Origin: Azolla caroliniana
Taxonomy: Eukaryota > Plantae > Polypodiophyta
Assembly (NCBI GenBank): GCA_043228905.1
Contig: JBHGNT010000001.1
Location: forward strand, 23,002,001 to 23,066,000
Direction of reading: 5' to 3'
DNA: 64,000 nucleotides
A program made the position numbers and the translations under genes. Positions 49,241 through 60,492 of this stretch are shown here, one piece after another (the stretch's first letter is position 1; each line of letters opens with the position of its first letter). The notes beneath the pieces are model-generated. The model had not been told where the DNA came from. It saw nothing but the letters and a program-made list of their open reading frames with translations, and searched no databases.

Positions 49241-49530
49241 TGATTAGGGTTTAGCAACAGTGGTAGTAATCTAAGCCAGAATACTCAACTAGAGATGGCC
49301 CACGTGATGTGACAAAGGGTCATGCATAATGGACCTAGGAATTCGGTATATAATTTATGGTGCACATACAATTTATGTTGCACATTTATATAATTAAAAC
49401 TCTCTACTATTTTCAATGGTAGCTTTTTGCATAGCTAATTTATCAATGGTAGCTTTTTGCAAAAATGACTATTTATCAATGATAGCTTTTTGCATAGCTA
49501 ATTAGCTATGCCACTCGCATGCTTTCACCC

Positions 49531-50760
49531 CCCTAGATTCTTTCCCTAAGCTATAGCTATTTCTTTCATGGTTTGGTCGTATGGTGAGGAATTGAACCTA
49601 CCTCGTCCCATCTTGACTTCGTATCCGCACATATGCCGAACCATTATCAAGTACCTTTGTCTCCATCCGGGATGCTGTAATGTAAGGCTCGCCAAGGATG
49701 ACAGGATGTGATGCCGATTCCTGCACAAAAAAGTGTTGATCATGCTCAACGTCGCCAATAGTTACCTTAATGTTAGGACAAGCCCCATGAAGCTCTTCAG
49801 TCACCCTGGTTGCCGCGCATATCTTCCACCCATGCCTAGTATTAATGGGTCAACGACCTTTCTGATAGAATTCAAGAGACATGAGGTAGATCTCCGAGCC
49901 ATGATCAATGAGCGCCACCACCGGATCTTTCAAGTCTCCCATCCGCATCGGTGTCTCGGTAGTGGCCCTAGCCCAATGTGGCCTTGCGAAATGGCTATCC
50001 ACAAATTCTTGTTCAATTTCGAGACCTTCCGTTGTAATAGCGCTCGTATTTCTCGGTCTGGTTCCTTCTTCAGTTGTCGTCAGAGTCTTCTTTTTTATTA
50101 AGTCAACGATGACATCATGAAATTCTTACTTTGCAATTCCTAAGATCTCCCATAGTGTGAACTGAATTCGGCTATCCAGGATCCTTTCTTCCATCACAAG
50201 CTTAAGGTCAGTGGATTGCTCTATCTCCGAGCGTTGTTTGAATGCCGATCCAATTCTTTCCTTCCGTCTTTTGGTTATCATTTGGGGCGGTGATGATTCC
50301 TCCCTTCTTCGAAAAACTTCTCTTGTGTCATGTTTCTTTGAAGAGCCTGATTGGTCATCTGGCCTTTTTCGTTTCTCTTCAACTAGGACGTCGTAGTTTT
50401 GACACATGGCCTCGACGAAGCTAGACTTCTCCTCCATAGGGTCCTCCCATCCCGTCATTGCTTGGACTCTTCGTTCTTCTTTGGTCATCTCGTTCATGCA
50501 AAGCTTCCCTTTTCCAACTTGATTCAATATGATTGGCCAAAATTCTCCTGCTTGAGATTATTGGGCTCTCATCTCGTGTCCAGCTCGAATTCCGATAGAT
50601 GAGGAATAGTAAACACAATTCACTTTGTTTTCTTCCATTTCCTCCATCAACTTCTCTACTGGCAAAGCATTCGTTGGCATCCACGATCCTATCGATGGCA
50701 ACATCAACGCATGTGACATTGTCTCTCTCTTGAAGCATTTGGTTCATCATCATCGCCATT
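49531..50760 (-). pseudogene. gag: Element A gag (internally deleted) and protease; 49531-50095 duplicates 25558-26130
   Basis: MAMMMNQMLQERDN N-terminus, ORF 50126..50527, HGACPNIKVTIG..QHFFVQ. Confidence 0.85.
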
Positions 50761-50849
50761 GCTTGTGCTAGACTATCATTAGAGTCTCTAGCACTTAAAG
50801 TTCCCGCCTTCCTCTATTGCCGTTCTTCACGTCGAGTTCACCAAATCTA

Positions 50850-51005
50850 TATCGCAGAAATCCACGCCTGCGGGTCGGTCGAACGGAACTACCGGGGTCT
50901 TTGACCAAGGAGGATGAATCGGGTGACTTGTGCTCGTAAGGAATCGACCGTCGTTTAGGTTTACAATCGGGTCGTTCTTGTTTTCGAAGATGCTTGTGTG
51001 GGTTG

Positions 51006-51046
<41 letters not shown>

Positions 51047-51879
51047 TATTGAGAAAATATTTACTGCACCACAAAGATGTCGTGAAGCACGTCATGCATG
51101 TGCGTGTTACGCGTGTTATACGTGCGCAGACAAGCACCGGCCTTTATCTGCAAGTGGTGATGGAGGATCGAAAGGATCGTTCAAGATAGTGAAGCGGAGC
51201 CGTCAGTGTTCTGGACCGGAAGGACTAGCGCAAGCGAGAAAGTATTAACGATAGATTGGTAGATAGATAGATAAGGACGAGAATTCCGATTCCCGGTTTG
51301 AACCTTTGACTTCAAAATTGAGGGAGAAAACACAATGCCAATGAGATAACTAAGATTTATTATTATTGTTATGGATTCTATACATTGCTTGATTTCCTTT
51401 CCCTTCTTTTCCTTCTTATATAGATTCCCCCATGCATATGATGCATGGAGGGTGTAAGACATGCATACAATGCATGAAATGCATGTGATGCATGATTGCC
51501 ATTTGGCGCTCATGCATCACATGTGATGCATGATGACCATGTCTCTCATTCAAGTTCTCATGTACGACCTGTTACATGTGAAAAGTACAATGAAGAAATA
51601 AACCTTAAAGAAAACAACCTAGCCTAATGGTATGTCAATTGCCTCCTATCCTCGATGTGTAAGGTTCAAAACCTTACTTGCACCTCATTGTATACCACTA
51701 GGCCCTAGGCTTATTTTTATATCTTGTGTAATGAACACGTAAACACGCATCACACGTGCACATTAACGTGCTAACATACATGTGTAACCATCACTCCTTT
51801 CATACGTATGCACATTGCACCTTCTCGATTTTCCTCGTTCCACGCGATTTTCATACTGTTGCCGAAAATCTTCACGAAA
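50850..51879 (-). repeat. Element A 5' LTR
   Basis: Homologous to 10353-11351, adjacent to the tRNA-Trp PBS. Confidence 0.85.
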
Positions 51880-52489
51880 TCGTAAGACACACCTAAAGGA
51901 AAGAATGCAAAACAATGATTAGATCACAATATACAATGCTCAAAGTTTTAATATTAGAGTGTTTGGATTCAAACGATAATAACTTGTTCATGTTCACAAT
52001 TGGAAAGATCGCGCACAAGTGGAAGGATAAGGGATATTCTGTTTGATTTTGGGGCATTTTTTGTCATTTCACAAAACACCTTGATACTAGTATCACATGT
52101 TCTCAAAAACTTGATGAAAAAGTTGAAAATTTCACCATTTGGTAAAATTGAAAAATGTCAAAATTTGGTCAAATACAAAAAATAACAGTGTATATGACAA
52201 CTAATAAGTTTTTAGATCTTAAAGATTTCAAAAGCAGAATATTTCAAAACAATAAACTTTTTTATATCATTCGATAAAATATTGTCTAAATTTGTTACAT
52301 ATTGTTGGACAAAAAATACATTCAATAGTTATTTGCAACACTATGATCATTCCTTTCATGAGAATCATTACTATAGCTAATATACAATTCTGAGTCTTCC
52401 TACTCATTTTCAAATGTACCAATCAAATCATTGTCTTCACCAAATGGTGTCTCCAAATTGTCGGCACTAAATCTTGTTCGCCTTCAATT

Positions 52490-52960
52490 TCAGACATATT
52501 CTAGACTTGGTAATATCATTTTTATTATGTCTATTGTTGTCTTCCTTAAACGTTGAACTTTTGTCAATGTAAAGTCATATACAATGATATTCACCTCACT
52601 AATGTCAATGATAGATGTATTACAAAGGTTTAATGCATTACCACATCCAAAACTTTACAAATCCAAAATTGGTGCTTTAGGTCATGACCATCTACATGTG
52701 TAGCTATTAATATCCTCACCTTGAGTTCTTCCAAGTTTCCTTGTCACCTGAGTTATGCTCATGTTTTCATCCTTGGTTTCACATAAATGTTTATCTATTG
52801 TGGATGACCAAACTATGAAGATCAACATTAAGTACTTGAAGTGGTGATTGAGAACCACAATAATATTTTATAGACCATGTAAACGGTATTTGCAAGGTTC
52901 AATTACTATCAACACAATTATTAATGGTTTTTTGTTGATCAATGAAGAACATGTTCACCA
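52490..52960 (-). pseudogene. Decayed coding remnant, possibly the C-terminus of a DNA-transposon protein
   Basis: Manual translation gives EELKVRILIATHVDGHDLKHQFWICKVLDVV and NTSIIDISEVNIIVYDFTLTKVQRLRKTTIDIIKMILP. Confidence 0.35.
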
Positions 52961-53602
52961 TAAGGTATCTTATTGTGTAACATACTGAATTATTCCATTA
53001 TCGATATGCTTCTTTTTCTCTTGTAAAAACAGAGATGTTAGTACAATTCGAGTTCATGTTTAAAAAAGCTCTTTATTTGAACAATGTTTTTTCATCACTT
53101 CAAGCTCAAAAAAAAAAAAAAAAAACAGAGTTGTCAACACGAACTCGAGTTCTTGTTGAAAACTTAGCTTTTCAACACAAACTCGAAACAATGTATCGCG
53201 TTGATGTAAAAAAATTGAGTTTTCAACATGAACTCAATACATTGTCTCGAATTGTACTACAAAGTCTCTGTTTTACTATTAAAATTATTGAGTTGCTGAA
53301 TAAATTGTATATTTTCAAAAATAATCTTTATTTTTGTAATGAATTTCTATTTTTTTCCAAGATTTTCCATTAGACAAAAATAATCTTGATGAGAGTGTTT
53401 TTATTGCGCAATTTAGTGTTTGTTTCGCATATTATTTAACAAAAATTCATTATTTTTTGCGATTTTCACATCTACTTGTCTCTTTTTGGCATTTAGAGCC
53501 CTTTTCTAGTGTTAATCTGTCTTTGAACATATAAGTTGTTAGAAATTACTTATTGGTTCATATAATTGAGTTTCTCTACATTTTTGGATCTTGTGCTTGC
53601 AA

Positions 53603-54246
53603 GAGAAAATTAGGATGAGTGTTCGGTGAAGAAAATTCGTTTGAATAATTGAGGCTCGCCTTTAGAATCTACTCAACGAGAAGTTAAAGTTATTCTTGAT
53701 TTTCCTACATCATTTCTTGCACATCTTGAAAGAGCGCGGAAAGAAAGGGAGTATTGCTTAGTGAAGGCATATTGTGTAGAAGATGGTGGCCCTTTTAAGA
53801 AATTTCGCCACAAAAAGTATATCACTCAGGATTTATACTATAATGTCTATCGTGGTGATGTGGCTGAGATGATACTCATATTGCCAACAAAGAAATACAT
53901 ATTATTGATTGTTGACATACCATAAGGATTTTGTATGGTTGGATCAACATAAGATGATGAACCATTTATTTTCAATGAACACATTGAGAAGATGGTGAAA
54001 GAGTTTGCATAGACAATATCCTTATGGAGAATTGTCATATTCCATAGCATGGACCAAGGATACTCTATAACACAAGCCTTTAGATCTCATTGCCATGGGA
54101 TAGAAAACCTTGCTTAGTAAGGAATATTTATCTTACATGGCGAGTTTTAATTTTCCCATCAATACATTCTACTTAATATTGATATTTGCCATTTGAAATG
54201 TTCTCCAATGAAGGAGATTGGATACTAGATTTGTTATTTGGCTTGG
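53603..54246 (+). pseudogene. Intron-containing beta-class N6-adenine/N4-cytosine DNA methyltransferase pseudogene fragment
   Basis: One frame 53605-54116 (with stops) reads ...NVYRGDVAEMILILPTKKYILLIVDIP*GF..., a motif IV DPPY-like site at 53914-53925, and ends at donor GTAAGG (54117). 54195-54246 reads EMFSNEGDWILDLLFGLG (motif X-I, FxGxG-like) and ends at donor GTAAAT (54247). Confidence 0.7.
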
Positions 54247-54448
54247 GTAAATGATTATAACTTTGTTTGCTATGATTTTTAGGAGTTAGTGTCAGTCGCT
54301 CGTATGAGCATTGAAGTACTTGTCAGTACTTCTGTCGGTCCTTTTTAAGGACTTGTATAAAAGTGCTCACTGAGCACATTGTATGTACAAAGTGTTATTT
54401 TTTGAAATTGAGTTTATGTTTTGCTCACTTTGTCTCTCTCGTGTATTC

Positions 54449-57400
54449 TAAAAAAGATTATGTGCGGAAGCAATAGAAAACCAAACACACAGAAAATACG
54501 CAAGTTTAATGGAGAGCTTGAGTATACACAATACGCGGGAGAGACAGAGAGAGAACACACAAGAAGTTCAATTCAAAAAAATACCAACTCTCTGTGTACA
54601 TACACCGTGCTCAGTGAGCACCTTTTATACAAGCCATGACAATAGGGCTGACACAAGTACTAACAGTACTTGACTGCTCATAAGTGAGCCTCAACACTCT
54701 CCCAAAATTATTCCTTTACGAGGAATATCTCTCTAACGGCCTTTCGGTTTACGCACCGATACGGCCTCTCGTTACACAACGGTTTGTGTACCGGTTTACG
54801 CATCCGTATTATGCACAGGTCCGGCCTAATCGATCGGTCCCAACCGATCCAGTTCTCGGCTTGCATAGCCGATCCGGCCAATGTTGAGCTTGTATCTCAA
54901 CAGTCCCCCTCAAGCTCAACTTGAGGTTCCATCCGCTCTTCCGGATCTATGCTCCGGTTCCTTCTAGCTTCACGCCTTGCTCGTGCTCCTCGACCTGTTC
55001 GATTACGCGCGCCTTGACCCTTCCGGTCGGCTTGTCTGCTCACACGACCCTTCTTAGCTTCCTTGTTGTTGCGATGTTGGCGCCTCTTTTGCTGCCTTTT
55101 GTACTGCTTGACCCTTGGTTGATTCAGCGTATCTGAATCAAACATCCGAACTGACTCGGCTTCCTCCGATCGGTTTTTGCTCTTGTCTGAGTTGGCTGTC
55201 TCCAACTCGTCGTTGGTCTTCTCGCCCTTGGTTGGCTTCGGCTCTTTCTTTCGACTGCTCCCCTTATGTCTGCTTCTGGAATCTTCCGGAGGTCCGCCCT
55301 CAGCTTCTTTAGCCGATCCGACATCGAATTCGTCATCCGACTTGGCGTCGCGGTCTTCGTCTTCCGGAACTTCTCTCCCTCTTCAATGGTCATTCAGGAC
55401 GTCTCTCCCCCTCAAGTTCGGCACATCGAGGTGACGCAACCCAAGCGTACCCGAGAATTGCCGCAACTTGTCCAAACCAAGAGGCTTGGTGAAAATGTCG
55501 GCGGTCTGCCGATCTGTCGGAGAATACTGAAGTTCGACTTCACCGGAGAGAACACGCTCATGGATGAAATGGTAGTGCACTTCAATGTGCTTAGTCCGGG
55601 CGTGGAACACAGGGTTCTTTGTGAGCTGGATGCTGCTGAGGTTGTCACAGGAGATTATCATTGGATCGGGTACCTCCACCTACAGATCCTTAAGTAGCCG
55701 CTTCAACCATATGGCTTCGCATGTCGCGACAGCCGCTCCTCTATACTCGGCTTCGGTGCTCGACAGTGCAACTATCGGCTGCTTCTTGCTACTCCACGCG
55801 ATCGCAACACTCCCGAGAGAGAACGCAAAACCGGACGTGGATCAGTGATCGACGACGTTTCCGGCCCAATCAACATTGGTGTAACCGACCAACTTCGAGG
55901 CAGTATCGGCCCGATATAGTAGCCCCCGGTCCTTAGTGCCGCTTACATACCGTAGTATGCGTTGCGCACACTGAAGGTGCTCCTCAGTAGGTCATGCCAT
56001 GAATTGACTAATCACCCTGACCTGGTAGCTGAGATCTGGTCGAGCGATGGTCAAGTATATAAGGCTTCCGACGATCTGTCAGAACCTCGTCAGGTCACAT
56101 ACCTTTCCGGAATCGGGGCGAAGCTTTACAGTTCTATCCAGAGGAGTCGAGACGGACTTACAGTCTGCCATCCCGAATTTGAAGAGCATATTCAACGCGT
56201 AATGACGTTGGCTGATTAATATGCCTTCGGGGGTACGGATCACTTCGATCCCGAGGAAGTAATGAAGGTCCCCCAGATCCTTCATGTCGAATGATGCCGC
56301 AAGTTGAAGCTTTATGCGGTTGATTTCACTTAGGTCGGAACCGGTGATGACCAAGTCATCAACATAAAGTAAAATACTAACCGGCCCGAGTCGATCTTTC
56401 CGGATGAACAGTGAGGAGTCCGATTTCGACGTCGCAAAGCCCATCCGACACAGTTGGTGCGTGATCTTTGCGTTCCAGGCACGCGGGGCTTGCTTTAGTC
56501 CGTAAAGGGACTTCTTCAATCGGCACAACGCCGAAGTGTTCGTTCCGGAGTGAAATCCGGGGGGTTGTACCATGTACACCCGTTCCTCAAGCTCACCTTG
56601 CAGGAATGCATTCCTTACATCCATCTGATGTAAGTGCCATCCCTTTGCCGCAGCGACCGTGAGCAAAACACGGAAGGTCGTCATCTTCACAATAGGCGCA
56701 AACGTCTCATCGTAGTCGATGCCGTGTTTCTGCGCGTAGCCTTTCGCTACTAACCGGTCCTTGTATCGGTTGACAGAGCCGTCAGTGTTGTACTTGACCT
56801 TGTACACCCACCTACATCCAATCGGCTTCACACCTTTCGGTGCGTCAACTAGGTCCAGGTTTCATTTTCTGCCAATGCGCGCATCTCTTCCTCCATTGCG
56901 GCACGCCAATTCGTGTCCTTCGCCACTTCTGCGTAGCTCTCCGGCTCACGCACTTCCGTCACTCTCGTCATGTACGCGTAATGGTGCGCCATGTACTCAT
57001 TATAACCGAACCGCACAACAGGGTTCTTTTGGCGGGTTGATCTGTGTACTTGCTCATTAGTCGATGCTGAGGCTTTCTTGGCCGACGCAAACTTCGGTCT
57101 TGAAGACCCGTCGTCACTTCCCTCGGAGTCGGACTCGCGTCGATCCGACTCGTTCCTATCCTTGTCGTACTCGGACACCTTCTTCCTCCCTTTTTCTTTG
57201 CACGTAAGCCGTCTCCTCAGCTTCCTGCGCAAGGAATGCACGACTGAGTCTCCACTACTCGCCGGCTCTTCATCGGACTGGTCGAACCAACTCAGTCGTC
57301 CATCCGGCCCGCTTAACTGAAACGAAATCGGACTCTCTTCGGGGGTCCCGATTTTAGGCTCATTCGGAGGCACCTCGGCCTCACTGACATCATCATCAGA

Positions 57401-60245
57401 ACTCGGATTGGAGGTGAGGTCCAGAGTCGGAGGCAAGTACCAAGATGTGGACTTGTCAAACACAACATCACGGCTCACGCGCGCTTGTTTGGTGCGACGG
57501 TTATAACACTTATAACCCTTCTGCTCGTCTGAGTAACCGACCAAGATACACTTCTCCGCTTTCACGTCCAACTTCCTCCTTTTCTCCTTCGGTACATGCA
57601 CATACGCAATGCTACCGAAAACTCTCAAGTGTCGTAGATTCAGCTTCCTTCCGAAATACTGCTCATGCGTCGATACTTTTTCTCCGATCCGATTTTGGAT
57701 GTATACCGCGGTTTGTACCGCCTCGGCCCAATAGAACTTGGGCAAGCTCTTTTCTTTTTAGCATTGCCCGCGCCGCTTCCACAATCGACCGATTCTTCCT
57801 CTCGGCCACGCCGTTTTTTCTCCGGCATGTATCTAGAACTGAATTCGCGCCGAATTCCCATTTGCTATAGATACCCGTTGAATTGACCAGAAAAGTACTC
57901 TTTTCCACCATCCGACCGCAGGCACTTGATCTTTCTTCCTATTTCCGTTTCTACGAACCCTTTGAGGTCCCGAAAATAGTCGAAGACTTCACTCTTCTTC
58001 TCAATAAGGTAGATCCACGTGTGACGCGTATAGTCGTCGATGAACGAGACGAAATATCGACTCCCGCCAAGACTAACGTTTTGTGCCGGCCCCCATACAT
58101 TGGAATGTATCAAGTCAATCTTGTTCCGGCTCCGGTTATGCTCATTAGGAAAGGGAAGTTGGTGTTGCTTCCCTAGCTGGCAGGCTTCACAAATTTGTGC
58201 CTTCCGACCACTACATTTGGGCAATCTGAACACCACCTGTTTCGATTGCAGGTCCTGAAGCCATTGATAGTTGACGTGGCCTATCCGCTTGTGCCATAAG
58301 TCGATGTCCGAATCGATTTTTTGTCCTTTCGTGAACATTGCAGTGCCACCGTCACTAGAGTCGAGGATAAACATCCTCTCGTCTCTACGCCCTTGCGCAA
58401 TGACTCGGCCTTCTTCCTCGATGAAGCACCCGAGATGTGTGAACCGGACTTGAATCTCCTGGTCGACGATTTGCCCAACCGACACCAGATTCTTCGTGAT
58501 TGTTGGGATGTGTAGCATGTTCATAAGTTTCCCTTTCTGCCCAACATGTCTCAAGGGAACTTCACCAACATTTGCAATCGGATGCGGAGTGTCATCTCCG
58601 GTGGTGACTACTCCTGGTTGCGTCGGTTTCTCAAGGTATGAGAACCACTCCTCGTGGCACGTCATGTGGTTTGACACGCCAGAGTCGACGTACCACACCT
58701 CCTCCGACTTCGGGGTGATCATCTTCATCGATTTTGCTTTGTGTCTCGTCATGAAGACTGACCCTTTTCCAGCTTCTCCGGATCCTTTGGCGTAGTGCGA
58801 TCGTTGCCGATTTCCTTTGTCAGTCAGTTTGGAACCTGTTCCGGACCCGGTTCTCTCCGAATCAGCGCGCTTTTTCCAGCATTCGCTCTCCCTGTGGCCT
58901 TTCTTGCCATAGTACCAACATTCCATAGCGGATTTCCATTGCCAGTTCTCGTCGCCTTGACTCCCCTTGTTTTCGGAGGGTCCGGAATTGTTGTCGGCAT
59001 CACTTTGGTGCCTTCTTCCTTGATCCCGTCGCCCGCCTCCATTGCATACCGACTCGCCTCATCTGCCATGACCACGGGGCCTATCTCCCTCCATGTACAA
59101 CATCTTGCTGTTGGCATGCGTGCTTGTCGATGCACCCGCGTGGTTCTCCTCTATAAGGAGCATCGACTGTAAGTCGAAAAACGACGGCGTATTCTCCCGT
59201 GTACACACAGCAGTTCGGAATGCTCCGAACGTTGACGCTAGTCCCCCGAGACAAATTTGCACCATCTCGGATTCCTCGACGTTCACATCGATAGAGGCTA
59301 GAGAGTCACATATATCTTTCATCTTCGAGGTGTAATCAGCCACCGACAAGTCGCGTTGTCGTAAATTGCTCAGTTCCTTTTAGAGTTGAAGCTTCTTGGC
59401 TGTGGTGCTTGCAGCGAAGATCTTCTTCAGATTTCCCCAAGCATCCTTTGGCGTTTTCACATCCTGAATATAGCTCTGGAGTTGTTTGCCCACAAAAGAC
59501 GCGAAGCAGTATAATACTCTGCGCGCCGACTGTTCCCAAGCCGGGAAGTCTTTGTGTGTCGAATCGGGTGCTGTGTCATTTGCTCCATCGACATAGCTCT
59601 AGTAACTCGGTCCGAGTAGGTACTGGTGCATCTTGTAAGACCAAGACGCGTAGTTGTTTCTGTCGAGCTTCTCTGTTGGAAGCGAGCTAGCCATGCCTCT
59701 ATCCATCGTTTTTGCCTGTTCTTCTTGGTTGGTTTTTCTTTCAAGCTATGTCGGCTACAGAGGTTCTCAACCCTCGAGCTCTAATACCATGAAAAAGATT
59801 ATGTGCGGAAGCAATAGAAAACCAAACACACAGAAAATACGCAGGTTTAATGGAGAGCTTGAGTATACACAGTACGCGGGAGAGACGGAGAGAGAACACA
59901 CAAGAAGTTCAATTCAAAAAAATACCAACTCTCTGTGTACATACACCATGCTCAGTGAGCACCTTTTATACAAGCCTTGACAATAGGGCTGACACAAGTA
60001 CTGATAGTACTTGACTGCTCATAAGTGAGCCTCAACACTCTCTCCCAAAATTATTCCTTTACGAGGAATATCTCTCTAACGGCCTTTCGGTTTATGCACC
60101 GATACGGCCTCTCGTTATGCAACAGTTTGCGTACCGGTTTACGCATCCGTTTTATGCACTGGTCCGGCCTAACCGATCGGTTCCAACCGATCCGGTTCTC
60201 GACTTGCACAGCCGATCCGGCCAATGTTGAGCTTGTATCTCAACA
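54449..60245 (-). mobile_element. Element G: full-length Ty1/copia LTR retrotransposon
   Basis: LTRs 54449-54902 and 59790-60245 (about 20 substitutions plus a 2-bp indel, counted by eye), 5-bp TSD TATTC, PBS TGGTATTAGAGC (59778-59789, tRNA-iMet), PPT TTGAGGGGGAC (54903-54913). Confidence 0.95.
54897..59706 (-). pseudogene. gag-pol: Element G gag-pol (gag, knuckle, PR, IN, RT, RH, charged tail), disrupted
   Basis: EKLDRNNYASWSYKM, CWYYGKKGHRESEC, WYVDSGVSNHMT, WHKRIGH..CEAC, LRSDGGKEY, LYVDDL, CDNLSSI..HARTKHIEVHYHF. Confidence 0.95.
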
Positions 60246-60492
60246 TATTCTCTGTGTTTAAGCTTCTAGTAAACCTGTGTTTATTCTCTGTTGCTGTCTG
60301 TTGTAACCGGTTTTGTCCAGTAAACCTGTGTTTATTCTCTGTTGTTGTCTGGTGTAACTGGTTTTGTCAAAGCTTTCACATATCAACTTTCACATGGCAT
60401 AAGAGCACGAGGGTTGAGAACCTCTGGAGCCGACGATCGATTTCCGAAGAAAAACCCTAATATCGTGTAAAGAACACTAAACAAAGGTTGGA

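Larger units (their letters stand above)
26131..49516 (-). mobile_element. Putative DNA transposon remnant (transposase-like exon, AGCTAATTAGCT arrays, 85-bp array) inserted in A; left end truncated
   Basis: Non-LTR sequence between two A segments. The same palindromic motif lies at the right end (...TAGCTAATTAGCTATGCCACTC, 49516) and in internal arrays that are continuous across element D. Confidence 0.5.
10353..51879 (-). mobile_element. Element A: Ty3/gypsy LTR retrotransposon (non-chromovirus, tRNA-Trp PBS, Phygy-like), degenerate, host of all nested insertions
   Basis: Homologous LTRs of about 1 kb at 10353-11351 and 50850-51879. PBS at 50826-50843. gag/PR/RT/RH/IN fragments are in gypsy order on the minus strand. 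TCGT flanks both ends (10349-10352, 51880-51883), a candidate 4-bp TSD. Confidence 0.8.
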
